Positions 1 through 8,552 of a DNA stretch of 22,309 nucleotides are shown piece by piece. Made by a program: the position numbers and the translations under genes. Below the pieces are notes generated by a model, which ran no database searches, was not told the origin of the DNA, and saw nothing but the letters and a program-made list of their open reading frames with translations. Numbering within the stretch: the first letter of the stretch is position 1; each line of letters opens with the position of its first letter. Origin of the DNA: a bacterium. Its GTDB lineage: Bacteria; Methylomirabilota; Methylomirabilia; CAVQYV01. Where the stretch lies: contig JAZDMQ010000149.1 of NCBI GenBank assembly GCA_043800755.1, positions 1 through 22,309 of the forward strand, read 5' to 3'.

Positions 1-259
1 ACCAGACCGAATAGCTGACCCCCAGCCACTGGATGGCACGGGAGAGGATGGCATCCTGGGTGTGGAGGAGCAAATGATAATGATTGCCCATCAATACATA
101 GGCGTGTATCTCCAATTGGAAGCGCCCTACCATCTTGCCCAGGCCCTCTAAGAATCGGAGGTAGTCTTTCTCGTCACGATAGATCTCCCTCTTTTCATTC
201 CCCCGAGAGAGAACATGGTAATAGGTATCCGCGTAATCTAACCGAAGAGGTCGGGCCAT
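1..259 (-). mobile_element. RAYT / IS200-like (Y1 HUH) transposase, 5' part, truncated by the window edge
   Basis: Not in the ORF track. Manual translation from ATG at 259: MARPLRLDYADTYYHVLSRGNEKREIYRDEKDYLRFLEGLGKMVGRFQLEIHAYVLMGNHYHLLLHTQDAILSRAIQWLGVSYSVW. It has the MARPLR...YHVxxRGN start and the AYVLMxNHYHLL HUH motif typical of this family. Confidence 0.9.
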
Positions 260-320
260 GAGGGATTACTGCCATAAACTCCGATTCGAGTCAAGAATAA
301 AATGACATATGAAGATGTGA

Positions 321-342
321 CCCCGTTTTTCCCCGTTTTTCC
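321..342. repeat. 10-bp tandem direct repeat (CCCCGTTTTT x2 + CC) at the probable transposase element boundary
   Basis: 321-330 and 331-340 are both ccccgttttt, preceded by gaagatgtga (311-320), about 60 bp upstream of the transposase start. Confidence 0.75.
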
Positions 343-364
343 AAAGCAAACACAAGGCGGCTAT

Positions 365-754
365 TCAGAGGACGGCGATCGCCTCGATCTCGACCAGGAA
401 ATCGGGGTGGGCCAGGGCCTTCACCTCCACCAGGGTGCTGGCCGGGAGCGCCTCGCCGAAATAGGCGGACCGCACCTCGGCCACGGCCTGACGATGGGCC
501 ATGTCGGTCAGGTAGACGGTGACCTTGGCGACCTGGGAGAGTCCAGCCCCCTCAGCCGACAAAGCCTTCTTGAGGTTCTCCAGGGCCTGAGTCGTTTGGA
601 CCGTGATGTCTCCCTTGCCCATCACCTCTCCTCTCTCATCCACCGCCACCTGCCCTGAGATGAAGAGCCACCGGTTCCCTTCCGCGCTCACCATCTGCGA
701 GAACGGCCCATCAGGCACTGGAAGATTCGGGGGATTGATCCGGGTAATCTTCAT
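365..754 (-). CDS. Rid (YjgF/YER057c/UK114) family protein, 129 aa, lacking the RidA catalytic Arg
   Basis: C-terminal part of ORF 365..1378. ATG at 754 overlaps the upstream TGA (ATGA). Motifs PFSQ, LFISGQV, KVTVYLTDM, LPASTLVEV, LVEIEAIAV. Confidence 0.9.
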   Translation of the reverse strand: MKITRINPPNLPVPDGPFSQMVSAEGNRWLFISGQVAVDERGEVMGKGDITVQTTQALENLKKALSAEGAGLSQVAKVTVYLTDMAHRQAVAEVRSAYFGEALPASTLVEVKALAHPDFLVEIEAIAVL

Positions 755-1995
755 TTGGTTTTGCCTCCTGTCTTTATGGAGCTTGCCAGCAACTCCACCG
801 TGTGGCGCACCTTGATGCCGGAATGATCGGTTCCCAGGAAGGATTCGAGGCGAAGCCGACAGGCAGGACATCCGGTGGCCACGACTTCGGATTTCGTCTT
901 GAAGATATTTTCCACCTTGGCGGAGACGATCTTCTCCGAGGTCTCCGGAAAGTAGAACTGGAAGGACCCGCCGCCGCCGCAACAGGCGTCGGCCTCGGCC
1001 ATCTCCACGAAGGCCAGGTCGGGAATCGATCTCAAAAGCCGCCGGGGCTCTACCCTCACCCCCTGGCCTTTGGCCAGATGACAGGGATCGTGATAGGTCA
1101 AGGAAATGGGCACTGGCCCCAAGAGCCCCTGGAGCTCCTCCTGATTCGATAGGAATTCGCTGATGTCTTGGACCTTTTCTCCCATCTCGACGGCCAGGGA
1201 ATCGTCCTCCCCCCATTCGCGCAGAAGGTAAGGATACTCCTTCTTCAAGGTGCGTCCGCAGGAGGCGCAGGCCGTCAAGATGAAATCGACTTTCTGGGCC
1301 GACAGTAGCCGCAGGTTCTGCTTGAGGTTCTGCGCCAGGATCTCCTGTTCCCCGGAAACAACCAGAGGAGTCCCGCAACAGGCAAGATCCTTGGGGATGA
1401 TGACCTCCACCCCGACGGCCTGGAGGACCGAAAGAGCCGCCCGGCCAATCTCCTGATAAACGTTATCGATGAGGCATCCGGGAAAGAAGGCGACGGTTGC
1501 CTTGACCCTTGCCGGGCGCATCCTCTCCGGAAGCCGATCGTGCAACGAACGGAGAGGGATGGAGGGCAGATCCGAGAGCCTGCTGCCTGCCACCTTGATC
1601 TGGGAGGGCAAAAGGGATCGCAGGATCTGCCCTGCCTGCAGCGCCAACCCGAAGTGGCCGCCCGGGGAGAGGAGATACCGAAAGGCCAGCCCCTTCTTCC
1701 ATTCCAGGCCAAACGATCGGACAAGCTCCGCCCGTAGGGCCGCTATGAGATGCCCGGTCTCCATTCCGCTGGGGCACACTGCGGCACAGGAGTGGCAGAG
1801 CAGACAACGGGAGGCGATCTCCTCCAGGTAGCGAGAAGAGGTCAACCCTTCACTTTCGAGGGCCTTCAAAAGCTGGACCTTTCCCCGTGGGGCGGCCGTC
1901 TCCTCCAGGAGGTGCTTATAGACGGGACAGGCCGCCAGACAAAGGCCGCACTTGATGCAGCGATGGAGGGCTTCCGTATTGGCTTGGGAAATCAT
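751..1995 (-). CDS. glcF: GlcF-like Fe-S subunit of a 2-hydroxyacid (glycolate/D-lactate) dehydrogenase: 2x[4Fe-4S] plus two CCG domains, 414 aa
   Basis: CIKCGLCLAACP and CLLCHSCAAVCP ferredoxin motifs; FFPGC...CCG...TACASC and YHDPCH...CCGGGG...TGCPAC CCG domains; directly downstream of the glcD-like gene. Start placed at ATG 1995 (MISQANTE). Confidence 0.88.
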   Translation of the reverse strand: MISQANTEALHRCIKCGLCLAACPVYKHLLEETAAPRGKVQLLKALESEGLTSSRYLEEIASRCLLCHSCAAVCPSGMETGHLIAALRAELVRSFGLEWKKGLAFRYLLSPGGHFGLALQAGQILRSLLPSQIKVAGSRLSDLPSIPLRSLHDRLPERMRPARVKATVAFFPGCLIDNVYQEIGRAALSVLQAVGVEVIIPKDLACCGTPLVVSGEQEILAQNLKQNLRLLSAQKVDFILTACASCGRTLKKEYPYLLREWGEDDSLAVEMGEKVQDISEFLSNQEELQGLLGPVPISLTYHDPCHLAKGQGVRVEPRRLLRSIPDLAFVEMAEADACCGGGGSFQFYFPETSEKIVSAKVENIFKTKSEVVATGCPACRLRLESFLGTDHSGIKVRHTVELLASSIKTGGKTK

Positions 1996-2056
1996 GGAAT
2001 TCCTATTGCGTGGGCGATGGTGAAGGAGGGTTTGGCAGGGCAACTCCCCCGCATCT

Positions 2057-3448
2057 TCATCCTTTGAGTTTTTGACCGACAAAGCTGTTGGGGCTCAAGA
2101 TTCCGAGAGGATCGAAGGATCGCTTGATCTCTCTCATGATCTGCAAGGTGGCCGGATCAAACTCCATGGGAAGGAATCGGGCCTTGGAAATCCCAATGCC
2201 GTGCTCCCCGGAGAGGGTGCCTCCCAGGGCCAGTGACTCGGCCACGATCTCCCGGGCTGCGAGTTCCACCCGGGCCTTCTCCTCCTGGTCTCGCTCGTCA
2301 AAGCTCAGACAGGGATGGATGTTTCCGTCTCCGGCGTGGGCCACTACCGCGATTCGAACCTTATATTTCTCGGCAATCTGGGGGAACTTGCGCAGCATGG
2401 TGGGAAGCTCCGAGACCGGGACCGTGGTATCTTCGGAGAAGGTAGTCGGACTGAGCCGGGCCAGGGCGCCAAAGACCGAACGCCGGGCCAACCAGATCGC
2501 CTCGTTCTCCTCGTCGGACCGGGCCACCTTGACCTCCGTCGCCCCACCCTTTGCGCAGAGCTGGGCAATCTGGGAGATTTGCCGCTCCACCGTCTCTTTC
2601 TCTCCATCCACCTCGATCAGCATCACCGCCTCCGCATCCTTGGGAAGGCCTATGTGGGTGAAATCCTCCACCGCCCCGGTGATCGCCTGATCCATCACTT
2701 CCATGATGGAAGGAGTAATGCCCGCCCCCAAGATCCGCGCCACTGTTTCCCCCGCCTCTCCCAGGTCGGGGAATATGGCCTGCAGAGCCCGCTTCATCTC
2801 TGGCTTGGGCAGGAGCCTCACCGTGATCTTCGTGATGATGCCCAGGGTGCCCTCCGATCCACACAGCAGGCGCGTCATATCATAGCCTGTCACATTCTTG
2901 GCAGTCCGGCTTCCTGTCTGGATTACCGCCCCGGAAGGCAACACCACCTCCAGAGCCAGAAGGTAATCGCGGGTCGTTCCATATTTGACGCACTTCAGTC
3001 CCCCGGCGTTCTCCGATACGTTCCCTCCCAGGGTCGAGATGTATTGGCTGGACGGGTCCGGAGGGTAGAAGAGGTTTTTGGCCTCCACCGCTTTCTGCAG
3101 GTCCCCGTTGATCACCCCCGCCTCGGCCACGGCTAGGCGATTTCGCTCATCGATCTCTAAGATGCGGTTCATCCGCGTGAGACAGAGGACGATCCCCTCG
3201 GGAACGGGGATGCTCCCCCCGCTCAAATTGGTGCCAGCGCCGCGGGGGGTGACTGGGATCCGCTCCCCAGCACAAAGCTTCATGATCGCCGAGACTTCTT
3301 CCGTGCTCTGAGGAAAGACGACGGCCCCGGGCAAGGACTCCCGCAAGTAGCCGTCATAAGAGTAGGCGACCAGGTCTTCTGGCGCAGCTTTGACGCGCTC
3401 TTCACCGATGATTTCCTTTAGCCTTCTCAAAGCCTCGGGATTCAGCAT
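2057..3448 (-). CDS. glcD: GlcD-like FAD-linked oxidase (glycolate/D-lactate dehydrogenase flavoprotein), 463 aa
   Basis: PRGAGTNLSGG, FYPPDPSS, STLGGNVSENAGG, KYGTTRDY, GYDMTRLLCGSEGTLGII, HAGDGNIHP and GTLSGEHGIG motifs; GGAGG RBS before ATG 3448. Confidence 0.92.
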   Translation of the reverse strand: MLNPEALRRLKEIIGEERVKAAPEDLVAYSYDGYLRESLPGAVVFPQSTEEVSAIMKLCAGERIPVTPRGAGTNLSGGSIPVPEGIVLCLTRMNRILEIDERNRLAVAEAGVINGDLQKAVEAKNLFYPPDPSSQYISTLGGNVSENAGGLKCVKYGTTRDYLLALEVVLPSGAVIQTGSRTAKNVTGYDMTRLLCGSEGTLGIITKITVRLLPKPEMKRALQAIFPDLGEAGETVARILGAGITPSIMEVMDQAITGAVEDFTHIGLPKDAEAVMLIEVDGEKETVERQISQIAQLCAKGGATEVKVARSDEENEAIWLARRSVFGALARLSPTTFSEDTTVPVSELPTMLRKFPQIAEKYKVRIAVVAHAGDGNIHPCLSFDERDQEEKARVELAAREIVAESLALGGTLSGEHGIGISKARFLPMEFDPATLQIMREIKRSFDPLGILSPNSFVGQKLKG

Positions 3449-3500
3449 TTGCGGACCTCCCTCGGGTCGCCTGAACGGATCCTCCATCTTGCTTCTTCCA

Positions 3501-4439
3501 TCAGCGGCTCGCCTCGCTTTCCATGATTTGCTTTTCCCGGCCCTTTACGAGTGAGGTCAATGCTTCGTTGATCGGAGTAGGGATGTTCAATTGCCGTCCC
3601 AACTCGACGACCGCTCCATTGATGTAGTCGATCTCGGTGCGCTTTTTCCGGTCGAGATCCTGGAGCATAGAGCACCGGTTCATGGGGGCCCCGGAAACGA
3701 TCTCCTTCAGCTTCTTCACCGGATCCGCATAGCGGAACTGGATCCCCTTGGCCTTCCCCACTTCCATGCCCTCCTTCATGGCCAGCTCCTGGAGACGGAG
3801 GGTCGAAGGATAGGAGACCGCCTCGACATTTAGCATACCGGTCAGGGCGCCCACCGGATTGATCGCCACATTCATGAGGAGCTTCCCCCAGATCAGCGAG
3901 TTGAGATCCTCATCATATTTGACCTCCACGCCGGCCCGGGTGAACATCTCTGCCAAGCGCTGCGAATCCTGCCTCTGGGAGGGATGGACCACCCCCAGGA
4001 CCGTCTCGGCATGGCCGGAGTTGTTGACCGCCCCGGGCCCAATCACGTAAGCCCCGCGGGAAGTAACCCCGGGAATGATGCGCTCCATGGGGATGTGGTG
4101 GGCAATCCGCTCCACATTCCCCAATCCATTTTGCATGGTGAGCACGAGGGTCTTCTCCCCAAAGAGCACCTTCCATTGGCTCAGGGCGGTTTCCGTATCG
4201 TACGCTTTCACCATCAAGAAGACGATATCCACCGGTTTCAAGCCCTCGGGTGAGGAGAAGGCTCGGACCGGAATGAGTTCCTCCTTCCCGCTGGCATCCC
4301 GGACGCGGAGACCTTCCTTCTGGAGCTTCGCGATGTGCTCTTGCCAGATGTCGAGGAAGATCACATCGAAGCCGGCCTTCACCAACAGGCTGCCGAACAC
4401 CGATCCCATAGCCCCTGCTCCCAACATTGCAATGCGCAT
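3501..4439 (-). CDS. panE: Ketopantoate reductase family (PanE/ApbA) NAD(P)H-dependent 2-oxoacid reductase, 312 aa
   Basis: GAGAMG Rossmann motif, VKAYDT, QNGLGN, WGKLLMNVAINP, SMLQDL...TEIDYING; AGGAGG RBS before ATG 4439. Substrate not established. Confidence 0.88.
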   Translation of the reverse strand: MRIAMLGAGAMGSVFGSLLVKAGFDVIFLDIWQEHIAKLQKEGLRVRDASGKEELIPVRAFSSPEGLKPVDIVFLMVKAYDTETALSQWKVLFGEKTLVLTMQNGLGNVERIAHHIPMERIIPGVTSRGAYVIGPGAVNNSGHAETVLGVVHPSQRQDSQRLAEMFTRAGVEVKYDEDLNSLIWGKLLMNVAINPVGALTGMLNVEAVSYPSTLRLQELAMKEGMEVGKAKGIQFRYADPVKKLKEIVSGAPMNRCSMLQDLDRKKRTEIDYINGAVVELGRQLNIPTPINEALTSLVKGREKQIMESEASR

Positions 4440-4456
4440 CGGTCCCCTCCTTAGCC

Positions 4457-4488
4457 AAAAGCCGGCCTCCCTGGCGGAGTCGGCCGGC
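4457..4488 (-). terminator. Possible intrinsic terminator or attenuator hairpin between the RraA-family gene and panE
   Basis: Minus strand reads GCCGGCCGACTCC-GCCAG-GGAGGCCGGC-TTTT: a GC-rich bulged stem with a short U-tract. Confidence 0.4.
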
Positions 4489-4542
4489 AGCAATGGGTTT
4501 TCCGAAAACTGAAGTCAGTCCTTTTCTTTACTCCCCATGCGT

Positions 4543-5202
4543 TTAGGTGATGGGGAGCCGCTTTCCGGTCCGCGTCTCCTCGGCAATACGGGCTTTCTCT
4601 TTGAAGTAATCCTCCAGGCCGAAGACCTGCTTGATGCGTTCCCCGCCCTTGATGCGATCCTCCATGTCCTCCACCGATTCGCAGATCCGGATGATCAGGT
4701 CGATCTTCTCTTGAGGAATTACGACGATCCCATCATCATCTCCCACTACCCAGTCATCCGGCTTCACCTGCACTCCTCCGCAATTGATGGGAACCTGGAT
4801 CTCTCCCATCACATCGCACGATCCGCACCGGGGGATGATGGCCCGCGTGAAAAGGGGAAATCCCATCCGCCGGATCGGCGCCACATCCCGTACGGCCCCG
4901 TCCACCACTATGCCCACTGCGCCCAGGCGCTGAGCCTCGTAGCAAACCAACTCTCCCATGACCGCTGACTCGGTAACGCGGCTCGCGTCGACTACCAGGA
5001 TATGGCCAGGCTTGATATAATCCAATGAGGCCAGGACCGTCATGAAGTCGGAAGGTACCGTGCGCACCGTCAAAGCCTGACCGATCATCTGCGTTCCCGG
5101 GAGAACCGGCTTGATTGCGGAATCCATAGCATTCTGCTTCCACATGGCATCACTTAAAGAGGCGGTGTCCAACTTCTTCAGGCGCTCCACAATCGATTCC
5201 AT
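4543..5202 (-). CDS. RraA family / 4-hydroxy-4-methyl-2-oxoglutarate (HMG) aldolase-like protein, 219 aa
   Basis: DTASLSDAM, IGQALTV, AVMGEL...GIVVDGAVRDV, VKPDDWVVGDDDGIVVIP. The Arg-Asp pair of the aldolase/oxaloacetate decarboxylase site is present. Confidence 0.88.
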   Translation of the reverse strand: MESIVERLKKLDTASLSDAMWKQNAMDSAIKPVLPGTQMIGQALTVRTVPSDFMTVLASLDYIKPGHILVVDASRVTESAVMGELVCYEAQRLGAVGIVVDGAVRDVAPIRRMGFPLFTRAIIPRCGSCDVMGEIQVPINCGGVQVKPDDWVVGDDDGIVVIPQEKIDLIIRICESVEDMEDRIKGGERIKQVFGLEDYFKEKARIAEETRTGKRLPIT

Positions 5203-5245
5203 CGATTCCTCCTCCCATCTTGGTCCGGGGCGAGATCACTCTACC

Positions 5246-5884
5246 CTAATGGAACTTCTTTGCGGATTGGGCGAGGGCCAATCCCAGATCGAATCCCCTC
5301 TGATTGTCTTCGAAATCCGGAAAGCGCTCCTGCAAGACCTCTATGAACCTCTCCTGGGCGACCGGGATATCGCTCAGCCCCACGGCCAGGCCCAGGCTGA
5401 TGACGCTGATATGAAGAAAATCGTGGAAACGGTCCCGCGAGAGTTGGTTGAGGTTAAAGGGGAAAACCAAGGGGGTGAACTCCTTGAGGGCCCCCAGCAG
5501 ATCATCCAACGGGGGGTAGGCCTGCTTTTTCATTCTCACCAGGGTGGGAGGGGAAGGCTCGGTGTTAAGCAATACCACTGACCGCGGGTGAAGGTAGTTG
5601 CAATGACGGACCGCCTCCAGGGGCTCAAAGGCAATGAGCATGTCCGCCTTGCCGGAGGGGATTAAGGCAGAGCGGGTCATGCGGCGTTCATCGAAGGCCT
5701 CGCCTGGCTCCAATAGGCGAAAGCGCACATGGGAGGTCACCCCTCCCTCCCGCTGCGCCCCACCCCGCCTCTCTGCCCCGCTGACGATGATCCCGTCCCT
5801 GATGGCCGCCAGCTTGAACAGGTTGCCCAGGGTGATGACCCCCTGACCTCCAAAACCGGCGATCACGATGTTATAGGTCTTCAT
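5246..5884 (-). CDS. iorB: Indolepyruvate:ferredoxin oxidoreductase beta subunit-like (IorB), 212 aa
   Basis: Starts MKTYNIVIAGFGGQGV; GGAQREGGVTSHVR and ADMLIAFEPLEAVR motifs; ATG 5884 overlaps the iorA stop (TGATG). Confidence 0.87.
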   Translation of the reverse strand: MKTYNIVIAGFGGQGVITLGNLFKLAAIRDGIIVSGAERRGGAQREGGVTSHVRFRLLEPGEAFDERRMTRSALIPSGKADMLIAFEPLEAVRHCNYLHPRSVVLLNTEPSPPTLVRMKKQAYPPLDDLLGALKEFTPLVFPFNLNQLSRDRFHDFLHISVISLGLAVGLSDIPVAQERFIEVLQERFPDFEDNQRGFDLGLALAQSAKKFH

Positions 5885-7815
5885 CAGCTCCCCACCCCGG
5901 CCAGCTCGCGAGGCTTCACTCTTGACCTCACCTCGGTGCGGGTGATGGCCGAGTTGGGACAGACATTCTTGCAGGCCCCGCAGAGGGTGCAGGTGGCCTC
6001 CTCGATATAGTAGACCTCCTCGCCCTCCTCCGTCCGGGAGCGGATGGCCGGGCAGCCGAACTCCATGTAGCACTCCCCGCACCTCTGACAGCGCTCGGGA
6101 TCGATATCGTAATAGATGTCCTCCTCCGGCCTGGACCGCCTCCGCCGCCGGTCGGCCTGCAGGGAGCATTCGCGTTCGGCGATAATCACCTTGAACCCAG
6201 GGGTCTCCAGCGCCGTCAGGATCCCATCCACCATGGCCCGCACATTAAAGGGGTCGACGGTCCTCACATACTTCACCCCCAAGACCCTCATCAACTCTCG
6301 GATGTCCACCCCGGGCACCTTTTCGCCATTCACCTTGAGATTGGTCGTCGGGCTGGGCTGATGGCCGGTCATGGCAATCCACTTATTGTCCAAAAAGAGG
6401 AGCAGCACCTCCGCATCTTGCTGCACCGCATTGATCAGGGCCGGCACCCCGGAGTGGAAGAAGGTCGAATCGCCCACGATGGTTATCACCTTTTGATCGT
6501 CTATGACCTTGCTCACCCCCTGGGAGGTCGCCAGGCCACAGTTCATGCAGGTGACCCAATCAGAGGCATAATGGGGGGGTAGGCCGGAGAGAGTGAGGCA
6601 GCCAATATCTCCCCCATAGACCTCTTGCCGGCGGGTCGCCTTCATCAGGGAATAAATGGTAGCCCGATGGGGACAGCCCGCGCAGAAGGTGCCCGTCCTC
6701 GGCGGCAGCTTCTCGATGAGCGGCTTCGCTTTCCTCGCCACCTCCAACCCGCTCAGCTTGCCCTCTACCCCGAACTCCCGCGCCAGGGCCTGCCCGATCA
6801 GATCCACATTGAGCTCCCCATAGCGGGGAAAGAGATCCTTCCCCTTGATGGGCAGCGACAGGCCCCCATCGTAGGCGGCCTTCTTGATCTGAAACTCCAA
6901 AAACCCCTCCAGATCCTCCACGATGATCGCCCCTTTCAGAGGTCGCAGGAAGTCCCGAATCATGCCCTCGGATAAGGGATAGGAGAGTCCGATCTTGAGG
7001 ATGGGCAGGTCGTAGAGGCCCAGGAGGTCCAAGGCCTCCAGGAGGTACTCGTAATTGACGCTGGAAGTGATCAGCCCCCAGTCCCCGCTCCCGGGGAGGA
7101 TCCGGTTCAGATGGGCTTGAACCGCGTCTTCCCGCAAACGGTCCATCGACTCGAGGAGCCTCCGGTGGTTGTCCACGGTGCTTTGAAAGAGGTTGAAATA
7201 GCGGACCGGATTCTTGACAAAATGGCCGGCAGCCGGCCTTTCGGCAGGCATCTCCCCTAAGACCAGGTCCCCGGCGTTGTGGGCTAGGCGAGAGGGCAGA
7301 TTGACGATAAAGGGCACACTGAAGCGCTCGGAAAGCTCGAAGGCCTCCTTCGTGAAATTCTTCGCCTCCTGGATATTGGAAGGCTCCAGGATGGGGGCAT
7401 GGGTGTGGAGGGAATACCAGCGATCGTCCTGCTCGCTGGTGGAACAGGTCGCCCCCGGGTCACTCCCGACGACCACCACCAGCCCGGCCCGCACCCCGGT
7501 CAATCCCAAAAAATGGAGGGGCTCGGACGCGACATTCATCCCTACATGCTTCATCGCCGCCATGGCCCGAACGCCGGAGAAGCTGGCCCCGATCGCCCCG
7601 TGCAGGGCTACATGCTCATTGGTGCTATACTCCCCGTGCAGCCTCGGGAGATGCTCCTGGATGGAGATGAGGGTGTCCCCGATCTCGGAGGCGGGCGTGC
7701 CCGGGTAGGTGGCAAAATAACCCAACCCTGCCTCCAGGGCCCCTCGGGTCACTGCCTCATTGCCCATGGCCAGGATCCTTTGGCCTGCCTCGCAGGAGAG
7801 GATTCCATCCATCAT
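5884..7815 (-). CDS. iorA: Indolepyruvate:ferredoxin oxidoreductase alpha subunit-like (IorA), TPP-dependent, about 643 aa
   Basis: MGNEAVTRGALEAG, YPGTPASEI, MKHVGMNVA, SEQDDR, FCAGCPHR, GDIGC, TPP motif GDSTFFHSG...DN, C-terminal ferredoxin CQRCGEC/CTLCGACKNVCP. Start is ATG 7815/7812 (overlapping the upstream stop) or ATG 7848 (GGAGG RBS). Confidence 0.9.
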   Translation of the reverse strand: MMDGILSCEAGQRILAMGNEAVTRGALEAGLGYFATYPGTPASEIGDTLISIQEHLPRLHGEYSTNEHVALHGAIGASFSGVRAMAAMKHVGMNVASEPLHFLGLTGVRAGLVVVVGSDPGATCSTSEQDDRWYSLHTHAPILEPSNIQEAKNFTKEAFELSERFSVPFIVNLPSRLAHNAGDLVLGEMPAERPAAGHFVKNPVRYFNLFQSTVDNHRRLLESMDRLREDAVQAHLNRILPGSGDWGLITSSVNYEYLLEALDLLGLYDLPILKIGLSYPLSEGMIRDFLRPLKGAIIVEDLEGFLEFQIKKAAYDGGLSLPIKGKDLFPRYGELNVDLIGQALAREFGVEGKLSGLEVARKAKPLIEKLPPRTGTFCAGCPHRATIYSLMKATRRQEVYGGDIGCLTLSGLPPHYASDWVTCMNCGLATSQGVSKVIDDQKVITIVGDSTFFHSGVPALINAVQQDAEVLLLFLDNKWIAMTGHQPSPTTNLKVNGEKVPGVDIRELMRVLGVKYVRTVDPFNVRAMVDGILTALETPGFKVIIAERECSLQADRRRRRSRPEEDIYYDIDPERCQRCGECYMEFGCPAIRSRTEEGEEVYYIEEATCTLCGACKNVCPNSAITRTEVRSRVKPRELAGVGS

Positions 7816-8543
7816 CAGGATGCGGATGAGAGGTAGTGGGAATACCATTTCAACACCTCCTCTCCCTTCGCCTCCTTGCCGACAGGGATGTGAAGGTTGA
7901 TCCCCGCAACCTTCGCCTCCCTGATCTCCTTCCAATCCCCCTCGGTCTTTTTCACCTGCTCCAACTCCAGGCTGAGATAGATCGGCCTTCCGATCTCCCC
8001 CGGCAGCTGGGCCAGGGAGAGCATCTTACTCGGCCACTTGAGGAAGACATAATCGGCCCCCAGGTCGGCCATCTGCTTCAACCGAAATAGCTCCAGCGGC
8101 GAGTCCACCCTGGCGCATACCCCGACCTGGATGGGTGCGCCTCCTGCAATGGGTCCGCCCGCCGGATCGAAGCCCGCCTTGGCCCGGAGCGCCATCCGCA
8201 GAAGCTGCAAGAGGTCGAGGTCAAAGACCGGCTTGGCCTCGGGGAAGGAGGTCTTGGAAGGGTGAGGCCCCGCGCTCAGGAGGACCTTTTCCAGGCCCAG
8301 GGCGCTCGCAGTAATCAGGTCGGAGAAGAGGGCTATCCGGTTACGATCGGCCGGATGCAAATGCAGGTAGATCTCCTTCCCCAACTCCTCCTGGAGCAGA
8401 GAGCCCAGGGCCAGGGGGTTCAATCCTCCGCCTGGATTATAGAGATGGAAGCCGCCTGCAGACTTGAGCTTCTTGGCCGCGGCCAAAAAGGATTCTACCT
8501 CGGTGGTAATCGGGCAGTCCAGCTGAGCAATCAAAAGCTGCAT
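7815..8543 (-). CDS. MetF (methylenetetrahydrofolate reductase) homologue, short (242 aa), with apparently substituted folate-site residues
   Basis: HLHPADRNRIALFSDL, ASALGLEKVL, AKPVFDLDLLQLL and LGADYVF match the MetV-associated MetF family; lies immediately after metV. Confidence 0.82.
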   Translation of the reverse strand: MQLLIAQLDCPITTEVESFLAAAKKLKSAGGFHLYNPGGGLNPLALGSLLQEELGKEIYLHLHPADRNRIALFSDLITASALGLEKVLLSAGPHPSKTSFPEAKPVFDLDLLQLLRMALRAKAGFDPAGGPIAGGAPIQVGVCARVDSPLELFRLKQMADLGADYVFLKWPSKMLSLAQLPGEIGRPIYLSLELEQVKKTEGDWKEIREAKVAGINLHIPVGKEAKGEEVLKWYSHYLSSAS

Positions 8544-8552
8544 CTCTTGTCT

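Noticed and set aside
302-658. 118-aa plus-strand ORF
   Set aside because: Largely antisense to the Rid gene and starts within the element-end region; no motifs.
755-1378. N-terminal extension of the Rid ORF (likewise the extensions of the iorB and glgA ORFs in the track)
   Set aside because: These overlap neighbouring genes in another frame; internal ATGs with RBS or stop-start overlaps give family-typical lengths.
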